NCBI GenBank assembly: GCA_027331445.1
Contig: DAHWUD010000002.1
Coordinates: 77,018 to 141,017, forward strand
Reading direction: 5' to 3'
Length of the DNA stretch: 64,000 bases
From: Candidatus Amesbacteria bacterium
GTDB lineage: Bacteria; Patescibacteriota; Microgenomatia; CAZETR01; Amesbacteraceae
Shown here: piece after piece, positions 18,797-28,600 of the stretch
How positions within the stretch are numbered: position 1 is the stretch's first letter
How the letters are laid out: each line of letters opens with the position of its first letter
The notes under the pieces: model-generated
Database searches by the model: none
What the model saw: only the letters and a program-made list of their open reading frames with translations
What the model was told of the DNA's origin: nothing
Position numbers and translations under genes: made by a program

Positions 18797-19911
18797 CACT
18801 TAAACTGCTCCGTTATCTTATCACTCGGCGCCGTATCGCTGCCCAGCATCTGCCCCACCCTGATTACCTGTTCCACCAACCGGTTGGTATATCCCCATTC
18901 GTTATCGTACCAGGCGAGCACTTTCACCAAATCCCCGTCGATCACCTGCGTAAATTCCGGATCCACGATGGCGCTGTAGCTGCTCCCGATAATATCCGAA
19001 CTCACCAGGTGCTCCGGCACGCCGTTTTTTCCCGATACCCCCAAAATTCCCTGATAAATCGGATTATTTATGGCTTCCTCAAATGCCCCGTTAATTTCCT
19101 CGCGGGTGACTTTTCTTTTTGTCACAAACACAAAATCGGTAATCGATCCGGTAATTACCGGCACTCGCAGAGAAATCCCGTCAAACAGTCCTTTCAGTTC
19201 CGGAATCACTTCCATCGTCGCCACCGCCGCCCCGGTGGACGTCGGTACCACATTCATCGCCGCCGCCCTCGCCCGGCGCAAATCTTTATGCGAACTGTCC
19301 TGCAGCACTTGGTCATCCGTATAAGCGTGCACTGTCGTCATCATGGCCTTGGCAATCCCGAATTTGCTGTGGATTACTGCTGCCACCGGGGTAATGCAGT
19401 TCGTGGTGCAGCTGGCATTGGACATTACCACTCCCTCTTTATATTCATTGACTCCCAGCACAAATGTTCCCACATTCCCGCCCTTGGCCGGGGCCGAAAT
19501 CACCACTCTCTTTGCTCCGGCCTTGGCGTGTTTGGCCGCTCCCGCTTCATCCGTAAAGTGCCCCGTCGCTTCAACCACTACTTCCACCCCGTATTTACTC
19601 CACGGCAGTTTCTCCGGATCCCGCTGCGCCAGTACCGGGACTTTGATATTCATGCTCTCCACCACCAAATATCCGATCAATGGGTCCGCATCTGTCACTT
19701 CTTTTACACTCTTCACTCTCTCCGCCTTCACTTCCATTTCAAATTTCCGGTACGTCGTATCCTGGTTTACCAAATGGCACCATCCGTCCACTTCCATTGA
19801 CCCGGACGTGTTCACCGCCACAAACTCCAACTCGTTGTGATGTTTCGTCAACCCTACTCTAAATGCCAACCTCCCGATTCTCCCAAATCCGTTAATCGCA
19901 ACCTTTACCAT
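18796..19911 (-). CDS. gap: Type I glyceraldehyde-3-phosphate dehydrogenase
   Basis: INGFGRIGR, SNASCTTNC, WYDNEWGY. Confidence 0.97.
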   Translation of the reverse strand: MVKVAINGFGRIGRLAFRVGLTKHHNELEFVAVNTSGSMEVDGWCHLVNQDTTYRKFEMEVKAERVKSVKEVTDADPLIGYLVVESMNIKVPVLAQRDPEKLPWSKYGVEVVVEATGHFTDEAGAAKHAKAGAKRVVISAPAKGGNVGTFVLGVNEYKEGVVMSNASCTTNCITPVAAVIHSKFGIAKAMMTTVHAYTDDQVLQDSSHKDLRRARAAAMNVVPTSTGAAVATMEVIPELKGLFDGISLRVPVITGSITDFVFVTKRKVTREEINGAFEEAINNPIYQGILGVSGKNGVPEHLVSSDIIGSSYSAIVDPEFTQVIDGDLVKVLAWYDNEWGYTNRLVEQVIRVGQMLGSDTAPSDKITEQFK

Positions 19912-19915
19912 AACT

Positions 19916-20842
19916 CTACTCTACCAAAGCTTCGATCCCCGGTAAAGTCCCTGCTACCAAAAACTCGCACATTGCCCCTCCGCCCACTGACACCCAGTCG
20001 AATTCCGCCGTCAGCCCAAATAGCTGCAGTGCTTCCTCTGTATTTCCCCCGCCCGCCACTCGGTACGCCTGTGAACTCACCACCGCCCCGAGCACCTCCC
20101 TCGTCCCCTTCTGTGCCGACACCTCCTCAAACTTTCCCATCGGCCCGGCCACCACCACTACCGCCGCATCCGCCGTTTCTTCTTTAAACAATTGAATTGA
20201 TTCATCATCTATATCCAGTCCGTCGTCACGCAATTTCGCCAAAATCACATTCTTTGTCACTTCGCTATGAGAACTTAAAATCTGCTCCGGCAATAATCCC
20301 CCTACCAGTACTTGGTCAAATTTCCCCGCCAGCTCCCTGGCGTAGCCGGCTTTATCTTCGGCTTTCGCCCCTCCGATTACCAGCACTTTCTTCCCCGTCC
20401 GCACCAGGACTTCGGACAATTGGCTTGTCTCCTTGGCAAATCTGATTCCCATCGCCACTGCATCCCCCCGCTCCTTCATATACCGCGGCAGGGCATCTAC
20501 CGAAGCGTGTTTGCGGTGGGCCGTCCCGAAAGCTTCGTCCACGTAAATTTCCCACCCCTCCGCCCATTCCCGGGCCAAGCCCGCATCATCCGCCTGTTCC
20601 CGCGGGTCTTTTCTAATATCCCACTCTACCGCTACCTCCGGCCACCACATGGTCATCTCTTCCCGCCCCTTATGCCCGATCACCTTGATCCTCCATGCCC
20701 CGTGATCTTTAAGATATCCCACCAGTTCATCTATCGTCCTCCCCCGCGGACTGTCTTTTTCGGAAAATTCCAAATCTCCCCGCACCAGGACGCTCTTTCC
20801 CGCTACCGGCACATCACTTATGATCTGCGGCTGCTTTTTCAT
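19916..20842 (-). CDS. pgk: Phosphoglycerate kinase, unusually short (308 aa)
   Basis: DEAFGTAHR.HAS, IGGAK..DK, GPMG.FE, GGG.T, VSVGGGA..EF..G.LPGI.AL. Confidence 0.88.
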   Translation of the reverse strand: MKKQPQIISDVPVAGKSVLVRGDLEFSEKDSPRGRTIDELVGYLKDHGAWRIKVIGHKGREEMTMWWPEVAVEWDIRKDPREQADDAGLAREWAEGWEIYVDEAFGTAHRKHASVDALPRYMKERGDAVAMGIRFAKETSQLSEVLVRTGKKVLVIGGAKAEDKAGYARELAGKFDQVLVGGLLPEQILSSHSEVTKNVILAKLRDDGLDIDDESIQLFKEETADAAVVVVAGPMGKFEEVSAQKGTREVLGAVVSSQAYRVAGGGNTEEALQLFGLTAEFDWVSVGGGAMCEFLVAGTLPGIEALVE

Positions 20843-21275
20843 ATCGGCTAATTTTTTCGATCCGTCGCAAATAACGGTCCGATCTCACGAACTCCGTCTC
20901 CAAAAACTTTTCCACCAGTTCAATGGCCTTAAATTCATCGGTGTTATCCGCTGCCAGCGCCAGCACGTTTATATTGTCATCCTTCCGTGACGCAAACACC
21001 TGGTCCTCTTCAAATCCCAATCCGCATCTGATTCTCTGCACTTTGTTGGCCGCGATTTCCACCCCCACTCCGCTGCCGCACAATACAATTCCCCTGTTTG
21101 CCTCCGGCGCCCTCGCCACTTTCTGCGCCACGTCAATCGCAAAATCCACATAATCATCACCGCTGTCGTATTCAAACGCTCCGGCGTCCTCAAATTCCAG
21201 CTCCCGCCCCGTCAGCCACTCGTTTATTTTCGCTTTCAGTTCAAACCCATGATGATCACTCCCGATATAAATCAT
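20814..21275 (-). CDS. rpiB: Ribose-5-phosphate isomerase B
   Basis: IGSDH.G..LK, DYVD, CGSGVG..I.ANK. Confidence 0.93.
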   Translation of the reverse strand: MIYIGSDHHGFELKAKINEWLTGRELEFEDAGAFEYDSGDDYVDFAIDVAQKVARAPEANRGIVLCGSGVGVEIAANKVQRIRCGLGFEEDQVFASRKDDNINVLALAADNTDEFKAIELVEKFLETEFVRSDRYLRRIEKISRYEKAAADHK

Positions 21276-21285
21276 ATTCGTACCG

Positions 21286-21936
21286 CTATATCTTAAAGGC
21301 CTGGGCCAGTTTGCGCAACTCTTTTTCCGGATCGATTGCCAAAACCACATCCGTCGCCACCAGAATTCCCACCGCCCGCAGCTTTAATCCCACTTTCACA
21401 TCTTCCTCTGAATGAATTCCTGCCCCGATCAAAAGCGGTAAGGGAATGGCATTCACGGCCTGGGCGATCACATCCGGTTTTTCCGTCGCCACCGACTTAT
21501 CCCGGCTGCCCACCAGCTCCGGCGGTTCATACGATATATAATTGGGTAACAACTTGGCCAGTTGCACCGTCTCCTCCAGATTTCCGGCACACACGGTCAC
21601 CACAAACCCCGGAAACTCTTTTGCCCGGTCAATGACTTTTCTGATTTCCTCAGCCGCAATCCGGTGTTCCGAGTGATTCAGCATCGTCCCCGTCGCTCCC
21701 GCCCCCATTACTTCCTCAATCGTCACAAAACCCGTGTGCCTGTCCGGTTCCACTCCGTCCGTGTGCTGCGCCCAACATTCCGCCCCCGTATCCCTGCAGG
21801 CCCGCATATCCCCCAATTGTGGCACCACCACTACTCTTATCCCTGTCTCCTTTGCCACCCGTACACTCATTCGGGCCAGTTGCACCGCTTTTTCTCCCGT
21901 CCCTTGTAGATAGGTCTTCAGGTTGACTACCACCAC
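21286..21936 (-). CDS. tpiA: Triosephosphate isomerase, short archaeal type
   Basis: NLKTY, LNHSE, YEPPEL.G, GAGI. Confidence 0.92.
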   Translation of the reverse strand: MVVVNLKTYLQGTGEKAVQLARMSVRVAKETGIRVVVVPQLGDMRACRDTGAECWAQHTDGVEPDRHTGFVTIEEVMGAGATGTMLNHSEHRIAAEEIRKVIDRAKEFPGFVVTVCAGNLEETVQLAKLLPNYISYEPPELVGSRDKSVATEKPDVIAQAVNAIPLPLLIGAGIHSEEDVKVGLKLRAVGILVATDVVLAIDPEKELRKLAQAFKI

Positions 21937-21959
21937 CCTTTCATCTTATCATAATTTAT

Positions 21960-22529
21960 ATGCGTCCTGCCCGCATCCCCTTCCGCCTCTGGCTCCTCGG
22001 CTTAGCCGTCTCTTTTTTCTTAGCCGGCGTCATTCTCCGGGTCTCCGCCGCTTCCGATTTTGCCATCACTTCCCCCGCCCCCAACTCTACCCTGGTGGGC
22101 TCCACCGTCACTCTGCAATTTTCCCTCCCCGCCTCCTTTAAGCTGGTCAATTACCAGACGCATCCGCGTGCCGCTTATGGCCAGGGTCATATCCGTCTCT
22201 GGGTTGATACTGCCCCCAATCCCGATGACGCTATCCCTGTCATTACCACTTCATACACTCTCACCCATCTCCGCTACGGCCCCCACCAGGTTACCGCCGA
22301 ACTTGTCACCAACGACAATGCTTCCCTCATTCCCCAGACCCTCACCACCACCGCCTTCACCACCGTCTCCTCCCTCTCCCCCCATCCCACTCTCCAAACC
22401 CTGCTCCCCCTCTCTCTTCTGACCTTCATCTCCATCGTCTTTGCCATGGTTCTGGTTCTGCCGCACCGCCGTCTCCATCCGCCCAAAAAAACCCTCCGCC
22501 GCTCCCCCAAAAATAAATCCGGAAGATAA
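21960..22529 (+). CDS. Exported protein with Ig-like domain and C-terminal membrane anchor
   Basis: Signal peptide, ITSP..., GH..LWVD, G.H...AELV.ND, C-terminal TM helix plus basic tail. Confidence 0.7.
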   Translation: MRPARIPFRLWLLGLAVSFFLAGVILRVSAASDFAITSPAPNSTLVGSTVTLQFSLPASFKLVNYQTHPRAAYGQGHIRLWVDTAPNPDDAIPVITTSYTLTHLRYGPHQVTAELVTNDNASLIPQTLTTTAFTTVSSLSPHPTLQTLLPLSLLTFISIVFAMVLVLPHRRLHPPKKTLRRSPKNKSGR

Positions 22530-22530
22530 T

Positions 22531-22563
22531 CCTGAGCTTGACATCCTGAGCGCAGCCGAAGGA
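22531..22563. repeat. Tandem cctgagc-N-cgaagga REP-like unit
   Basis: cctgagcttgacatcctgagcgcagccgaagga; related to 33501-33518. Confidence 0.6.
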
Positions 22564-23157
22564 CTAAATAGCTACCAGACTCTTCCACATCTCCCAAAAT
22601 ACTCCTGAATACGTCCTCCAGTCCCCGAGTGCACAATCCGCTTCCGCCATCACCAGCTTGTTTCCCTTTTCTACAAGCGCCTGCTGCCGCATCCGCACCT
22701 GCCCGTTTGCCCCCGTCACCTGCCAGGTAATGACCGTTATATCGGCCCGGTCCGTGGAAATATACTGTCTCTCTCCCCACTGCTTCCACCCCTCTGCCGT
22801 CCTCTCCTTCACCATCCCGTCCACATAATCGACCAGGCTTTGCTTCACCGTATATTCTTCCAGGGTCACTTTTACATCGCTCTTCGGGGCCGCAAATATT
22901 GCCACATCCGTCTTCACCGGCCAGGTCTTGCTCCCCCACACCGCCTGCACCGTCCACGTCTCCGGATAATTTATCCTCACCGCCGCTCCGCCCTCTTCAA
23001 ACAATTTATTGGCCGCCCCGGCCATCCCCAACTTCCCTGGCCCGTGCCCGTATTGGCTGGTTTCCGCCTTCCGCCAGGGCAGATAATCCTTTTTTATCGT
23101 CCATGCTATCCCTCCCGCCAGCGCCACCACTCCGATTCCGATTATTACCTTTTTCAT
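22564..23157 (-). CDS. Membrane-anchored PsbP-like protein
   Basis: N-terminal TM helix, I.YPETW, terminal F.EM.KSL. Confidence 0.7.
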   Translation of the reverse strand: MKKVIIGIGVVALAGGIAWTIKKDYLPWRKAETSQYGHGPGKLGMAGAANKLFEEGGAAVRINYPETWTVQAVWGSKTWPVKTDVAIFAAPKSDVKVTLEEYTVKQSLVDYVDGMVKERTAEGWKQWGERQYISTDRADITVITWQVTGANGQVRMRQQALVEKGNKLVMAEADCALGDWRTYSGVFWEMWKSLVAI

Positions 23158-23178
23158 ACTATTTGCTATTATATCCTC

Positions 23179-23352
23179 ATGGACCCGCTATCCGATACCC
23201 CGCGTCAGCCGACTTTCTGGCAGAACCTCAGCGCCAAAATCGCCAAAAATTTTCCCTATTTTATAGCCGGCGTCATCCGCACTTTAAGCTACGGCCTCTT
23301 TAAAGTCATCGGGTTTCTAAAACAGGTCATCGCCGACGCCATCGGCCATTAG
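23179..23352 (+). CDS. Small hypothetical protein
   Basis: 57 aa amphipathic ORF filling the gap. Confidence 0.55.
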   Translation: MDPLSDTPRQPTFWQNLSAKIAKNFPYFIAGVIRTLSYGLFKVIGFLKQVIADAIGH

Positions 23353-24113
23353 CCCCTAAATGTCAAAAACCACACCGCCGCGATAATTATTCTGTACCCG
23401 GCAAATCCCTCCCAGCTTCTCTTTTGTAAATTGGCGATCAGCCACTTCACTGATAGCCACGCCACGACAAATGCGATTGCAAACGCCAGGATGAGCAGCC
23501 CCCACTCTCCCCCGGTAAATTTCCAGCTGCTTTTGACTACATCCAGTCCCGTCGCCGCCACCATCGTCGGCACCGCCAGCCAGAATGACATCTCCACCGC
23601 CGCTTTGCGCGATAGTCCCAACCCCATGCCTCCATATACTGTCGCCGCCGACCGGGACACTCCGGGAATCATTGCTAGGGCCTGGGCCACTCCGATTCCC
23701 GCCGCCTGCACCAGGCTTAGATCGTCTACTTCTTTTGTCCCTATCGGGCCTTTCTTCTCCCACCACAGCATCACTAACCCTCCGACCACCAGCGCCACCA
23801 TGGCTATATGCGCGTTTCCCAGCAGATAATTCTTCACAATCTTATAAAAAATCAGCCCCAGTATTCCCGTCGGTACAAACCCAGCAATTAATATCCCCCA
23901 CAACTTCTTGTCCCTCCCCACTCTCACAGCGTACATCCCCACCACCGCCAGCATTGCCCCCAGTTGAATAATAATTTCAAAGCTTTTTACAAATTCCGTC
24001 TGCAATACTCCCATCCACCCTGAAACCATTACCAAATGCGCCGTCGAGGAAATCGGCAAAAACTCCGTAAACCCCTCCACTACGGCCAAAATCATCGCCT
24101 GAAAATAATTCAT
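23349..24113 (-). CDS. uppP: Undecaprenyl-diphosphate phosphatase
   Basis: VEGFTEFLPISSTAH, IQLG, PGVSRS. Confidence 0.96.
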   Translation of the reverse strand: MNYFQAMILAVVEGFTEFLPISSTAHLVMVSGWMGVLQTEFVKSFEIIIQLGAMLAVVGMYAVRVGRDKKLWGILIAGFVPTGILGLIFYKIVKNYLLGNAHIAMVALVVGGLVMLWWEKKGPIGTKEVDDLSLVQAAGIGVAQALAMIPGVSRSAATVYGGMGLGLSRKAAVEMSFWLAVPTMVAATGLDVVKSSWKFTGGEWGLLILAFAIAFVVAWLSVKWLIANLQKRSWEGFAGYRIIIAAVWFLTFRG

Positions 24114-24132
24114 TCCCCCTTATAATAGCCTT

Positions 24133-24987
24133 ATGTCCCGCCAATTTCCAGTCATTTATCTGACCCTCTCCGCCTTTCTTTTGGTGCTTATCTTTTATCC
24201 CCGCCCCTCTCTCCGGCCCGCCTCTCCCGCCCCTTCCCTCCCCTCGCCCACCCCGGTGCCTTTCCCCACCGTCACTTCCACTCCTACCCCGAAGCCCCTG
24301 ACTTTTGCCCAGCGTAATGCCTTGTCTGGTCCATGTGCCTATCTCCCCGTCCTTTTCTACCACCATATCCAAACCCCCGCGGCAGCCGCTGCCAGCCACC
24401 AATCCTCGCTTACCGTTTATACCGACGTCTTTGCCGGCCAAATGCAGTATTTGGCCGACCGGGGCTATACCCCAATTACCCCCGGCCGGCTCGACGATTT
24501 TTTTGATCACTCCGTCCCCCTCCCCTCCAAAGCCGTCCTCTTAACCTTCGATGACGGCTATGTCGATTTTTATACCGATGCCGCCCCGATCCTGAAGGCT
24601 CATAATTTTCCCGCCGTCATGTTCCTGCCGACAGGCCTGGTCCAAAATCCCGATTACCTCACTTGGGACCAGGTTTCCCGTCTTTCCTCATCAGTTTATT
24701 TTGCCAACCACACCTGGTCTCACGCCAGCCTCTATACAAATCTGGCCGTTCTCTCCCGTGAAGTTGACACCGCCCAAACCCAGCTGGCCGACCACGGCCT
24801 CAACCCCCTGAAGGTTTTTGCCTATCCTTACGGCACCGCTCCCCCGCCCGCCGTCAATTATCTTGCCCGGCACGGCTATTCCCTGGCTTTCACTACCCAG
24901 TATGGCCTCTATCAATGCGCCCGCCTCCGCCTGACTCTGCCCCGCATCCGCGTCGCCAACGTCCCCCTCTCCCGCTATGGCCTCTGA
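24133..24987 (+). CDS. Polysaccharide deacetylase (CE4)
   Basis: FYHH, LTFDDGY, HTWSH, AYPYG. Confidence 0.92.
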   Translation: MSRQFPVIYLTLSAFLLVLIFYPRPSLRPASPAPSLPSPTPVPFPTVTSTPTPKPLTFAQRNALSGPCAYLPVLFYHHIQTPAAAAASHQSSLTVYTDVFAGQMQYLADRGYTPITPGRLDDFFDHSVPLPSKAVLLTFDDGYVDFYTDAAPILKAHNFPAVMFLPTGLVQNPDYLTWDQVSRLSSSVYFANHTWSHASLYTNLAVLSREVDTAQTQLADHGLNPLKVFAYPYGTAPPPAVNYLARHGYSLAFTTQYGLYQCARLRLTLPRIRVANVPLSRYGL

Positions 24988-25052
24988 CCTTCACCCATCC
25001 CAAATCCACCATGACTTCAGTCCCCAAATTTAGTATAGTAAAACTACCTGCC

Positions 25053-26744
25053 ATGACTTCTGTCCGCCCCCCCCTCACCGTGGCCTATTTCTCCATGGAA
25101 ATGATGCTGGAGACGGATATTCCCACTTATGCCGGTGGCCTGGGTGTCCTGGCCGGCGACCTCCTCCGTTCTTGTGCTGACTTATCCGTCCCCGCCGTCG
25201 GTATCACCTTGGTCTATAGCGGCAATACTTTTTCTCAAACCATCCATCCCGACGGCACCCAGTCCTTCACCGAAACCGACTGGCAGAAAATGGACCAGCT
25301 CATCAAACTTCCCGACCAAATCACCCTGACCATCGCCGGCACCCCGGTTAAGGTCGGCTGCTGGCGCTACGATATCGTCGGCATTTCCGGCTTTGTCGTC
25401 CCGGTCTACCTGTTGGACACCGACTTTCCCGAAAATCCCCCTTGGGTGCAAAACATCACCCGCAATCTTTACGGCGGGGGCGGTGACATTCGCCTGGGCC
25501 AGGAAATAGTCCTCGGTTTCGGCGGCGTCGCCATGCTCCGGGAATTAGGTTACAAAGATATTTCCACTTATCACCTCAATGAAGGTCACTGTGCTTTCGT
25601 CCCCCTGGCCCTGATGCCGGAACACGCCTACCGCGACGCTGAAGTTCGGCAGTTGTGTGTCTTTACCACTCACACCCCGGTCCCTGAAGGCCACGACAAG
25701 TTTGCCTACGACTTGGCTTACCGCATGTGCGGCAGCCTCCTCCCCTGGCACATTAAAAAATTGGCCACCGAACCGTCCTTAAGTATGACCCACCTCGCTC
25801 TCAATCTCAGCCGTGTTGCCTTCGCCGTTTCCCAAAAGCACCAGGCCGTTTCCGAGCACCTCTTCCCCGGCTACAAATTCTCCCATATTACCAACGGCGT
25901 CCATCACCGAAGCTGGACCTGGCCCCATTTGCAAAACCTGTATACCCAATTTTTCCCCGGTTGGGACAACGATCCCTCCCTGTTAAAATTTGCCCCCAAA
26001 GTCATTACCGACGACGCCCTCTGGTCTGCTCACATGGCCGCCAAAAAAGACCTTATCAGCTATGTTAATTCTCACTTCAAAAATCCCGCCCCCGATCTCA
26101 TGTTCGATAACGACACTCTGACCGTCTCCCTCGCCCGCCGTCCCGTCGCTTACAAACGCCCCCTGCTCCTATATCATGATTTGGAAAGGTTTATTAGAAT
26201 CGGTGTCGGCAATCTCCAGATTATCCAGTGCGGCAAATCCCACCCCGACGACAACGTTTCCCAGGACTTCGTCAAACAAATTGTCTCTATCTCTCAAAAA
26301 CTGCGTGGCATTCTCAAAATTACCTACTTGGAAAATTATTCCCCCAAAATCGCCCGCCTGTTGGTCGCCGGCTCCGATCTTTGGCTCAATACTCCCCGCC
26401 GTCCCCTGGAGGCTTCCGGTACCAGCGGCATGAAAGCCGCCCTAAACGGCGTCTTGAATCTCTCTGTTCTCGATGGCTGGTGGCTCGAAGGTTTTGCCCT
26501 AGCTCCCCAGGCCGGCTTCCCCATCGGCCCTTCCGATCCCTCCCCCACAGCGGGCAGCAACGACGACGTCGACGCCGACGACCTCTACAACCAGCTGCAA
26601 AATCACATTATTCCCCTATATTACCAGCACCGCTCCTACTGGATCGCCCGCATGAAACAAGCCATTGCCCTGGGCGGACACTTCAACACTCACCGCGCCG
26701 TTCAGGAATACCTCAAGCTCGCTTGGCAACCGAATCTATCCTGA
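25053..26744 (+). CDS. glgP: Alpha-glucan phosphorylase
   Basis: YFSME, YAGGLGVLAGD, HLNEGH, ITNGVH, EASGTSGMK, DGWW. Confidence 0.95.
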   Translation: MTSVRPPLTVAYFSMEMMLETDIPTYAGGLGVLAGDLLRSCADLSVPAVGITLVYSGNTFSQTIHPDGTQSFTETDWQKMDQLIKLPDQITLTIAGTPVKVGCWRYDIVGISGFVVPVYLLDTDFPENPPWVQNITRNLYGGGGDIRLGQEIVLGFGGVAMLRELGYKDISTYHLNEGHCAFVPLALMPEHAYRDAEVRQLCVFTTHTPVPEGHDKFAYDLAYRMCGSLLPWHIKKLATEPSLSMTHLALNLSRVAFAVSQKHQAVSEHLFPGYKFSHITNGVHHRSWTWPHLQNLYTQFFPGWDNDPSLLKFAPKVITDDALWSAHMAAKKDLISYVNSHFKNPAPDLMFDNDTLTVSLARRPVAYKRPLLLYHDLERFIRIGVGNLQIIQCGKSHPDDNVSQDFVKQIVSISQKLRGILKITYLENYSPKIARLLVAGSDLWLNTPRRPLEASGTSGMKAALNGVLNLSVLDGWWLEGFALAPQAGFPIGPSDPSPTAGSNDDVDADDLYNQLQNHIIPLYYQHRSYWIARMKQAIALGGHFNTHRAVQEYLKLAWQPNLS

Positions 26745-28572
26745 CTCCCGACAGCCGCAGGGCGTTCAGAATCGGGAAAAAGTCGGTCAGAAAATTGTAC
26801 GCCGCCGCCCACGACGGACCCATCACCCCTGAGAGGACCAATCCCAATCCCACCGCATTCGTCACTCCCCAGATCACAAACTCCTGCCTTACGATCCCCA
26901 GGGCTTTCTTACCCAGGGTCATGGCTTGCGGGATCCTCACCAGGCTGTCCTTGATCAAGGCTACATCGGCCGCTTCTATCGCCGCGTCCGACCCGATCAC
27001 CCCCATGGCCATACTTACATCCGCGAGGGCCAGGGCCGCCGCGTCATTCACTCCGTCCCCGATCATTCCCACCATTCCCGGATTTTCTTTCTTAATTCTG
27101 TCAATCCAGGCGATTTTCTGTTCCGGCAGCAGATTTGCGTGGTACTCGTCTATCCCCACTTCCCGGGCTACCTGCGCCGCCACCCGCTCGTTATCCCCGG
27201 TCAGCATCCACCACTTGGCTACCCCCAGTCTCCGGGTTTCCTCGATCACTTTTTTAGCATGCGGTCTCACCGCGTCTTCCAATTCCACCAGCCCCCGCAG
27301 CTTTTTCCCTTCACCCAGTGCCGACAGACCGTAGCCTTTGTCTCTCGCTTCCGCCACCGCCTTTTCCTGCTCTGCATTTAACTTAATTCCCTTCTTTGTT
27401 AAATAATCAATTTTTCCCAGCCACCAGGTCTTTCCCTCTCCCTTCACTTCGATTCCCTCGCCCGCCGCCTCCTGGAACTCCTGCGGCGCCAGTATTTCCT
27501 CACCTTGCTTCTGCACATACTCTGTAATCGCCCGGGATACCGGATGGTGTGAGCTCCCCGCCGCCATCCCCAATATCCGCCAAAATTCCTTCTTGCTGCC
27601 TTTCTCCCAATCCCGCACTTCTACCACCCTGGGCTTGCCCATAGTCAGCGTCCCCGTCTTGTCCGTCACCACAAATTTCAATTTGGACATTTTCTCAATC
27701 ACTTCTGATCCTTTAAGAATCATCCCCATCCTCGCGCCCCGGGCGATCGCCACGGTAAAAGTGAGCGGTACCGCTACCGCGATATCATCCGCGCACACCA
27801 CCAGCAAAATCGCCAATACCATCTGGCGGTTGCTCATAAATACGTACCCCGCCAGGGCAAATACCAGCATCGAGATCACGTACCACTCGGAAAACTTATC
27901 CGCCACCCTCTCCCCCCTGGCCTTTCTCCGACTGGCTTCCTCTACCAATGCCGCCATCTTGACCAGCCGGCTGTCGCTCCCCACTTTCTCCGCTTTCACA
28001 TATAGTGATCCCCCTTCATTCAGTGTCGAACTGTAAACCATATCTCCCTCTTTCTTAATCACCAGCTCGCTTTCCCCCGTCAGATTGGCTTCATTAATGC
28101 TGGCCTGCCCGGACACCACCGTCCCGTCTACCGGAATCCGGTCTCCCGCTTCCACCACCACCAAATCTCCCTCCCGCACCGCTGAGAGAGGAATCTCCGC
28201 CACATCTTCACCCTTCTTGATTTTTACTTTCTCGGGCAGATATTTCATCATCTGCGACAGGATTCTTTTTACCCTCTCCTCCGTCCACGCGTCAAACAAC
28301 CGGGCAAACGCCAGCATCAGGTTGATAAATACCGCGCTGTACCATTCTCCGGCTATGAAAGCAAACCCCAGCGCCACGCTCGCCAGCAAATCAATCGTGA
28401 CTTTTCTCTTGACCAGGGCCCTGACTGCGCTGATTGCCACAGGTATGACCCCCAAAAACGACAGCACTATAAATACTTCCGTATTCCAGGCCGCTTTGGC
28501 ATACCACGGAATCGTCAGGCTGATACCGAGGGCCGCAATCAAAGAACTCTCCCAGACTATCTTTCTTCTCAT
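26713..28572 (-). CDS. P1B-type heavy-metal-translocating ATPase with atypical CADD motif
   Basis: LTGES, DKTGT, HP, GDGVND; CADD in place of CPC. Confidence 0.9.
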   Translation of the reverse strand: MRRKIVWESSLIAALGISLTIPWYAKAAWNTEVFIVLSFLGVIPVAISAVRALVKRKVTIDLLASVALGFAFIAGEWYSAVFINLMLAFARLFDAWTEERVKRILSQMMKYLPEKVKIKKGEDVAEIPLSAVREGDLVVVEAGDRIPVDGTVVSGQASINEANLTGESELVIKKEGDMVYSSTLNEGGSLYVKAEKVGSDSRLVKMAALVEEASRRKARGERVADKFSEWYVISMLVFALAGYVFMSNRQMVLAILLVVCADDIAVAVPLTFTVAIARGARMGMILKGSEVIEKMSKLKFVVTDKTGTLTMGKPRVVEVRDWEKGSKKEFWRILGMAAGSSHHPVSRAITEYVQKQGEEILAPQEFQEAAGEGIEVKGEGKTWWLGKIDYLTKKGIKLNAEQEKAVAEARDKGYGLSALGEGKKLRGLVELEDAVRPHAKKVIEETRRLGVAKWWMLTGDNERVAAQVAREVGIDEYHANLLPEQKIAWIDRIKKENPGMVGMIGDGVNDAAALALADVSMAMGVIGSDAAIEAADVALIKDSLVRIPQAMTLGKKALGIVRQEFVIWGVTNAVGLGLVLSGVMGPSWAAAYNFLTDFFPILNALRLSGVRIDSVAKRA

Positions 28573-28600
28573 TTTCCTTATTCTACCGTAAACTGGGCTC

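Noticed and set aside
26228-27334. 368-aa plus-strand ORF
   Set aside because: Out-of-frame overlap with glgP and antisense to the P-type ATPase.
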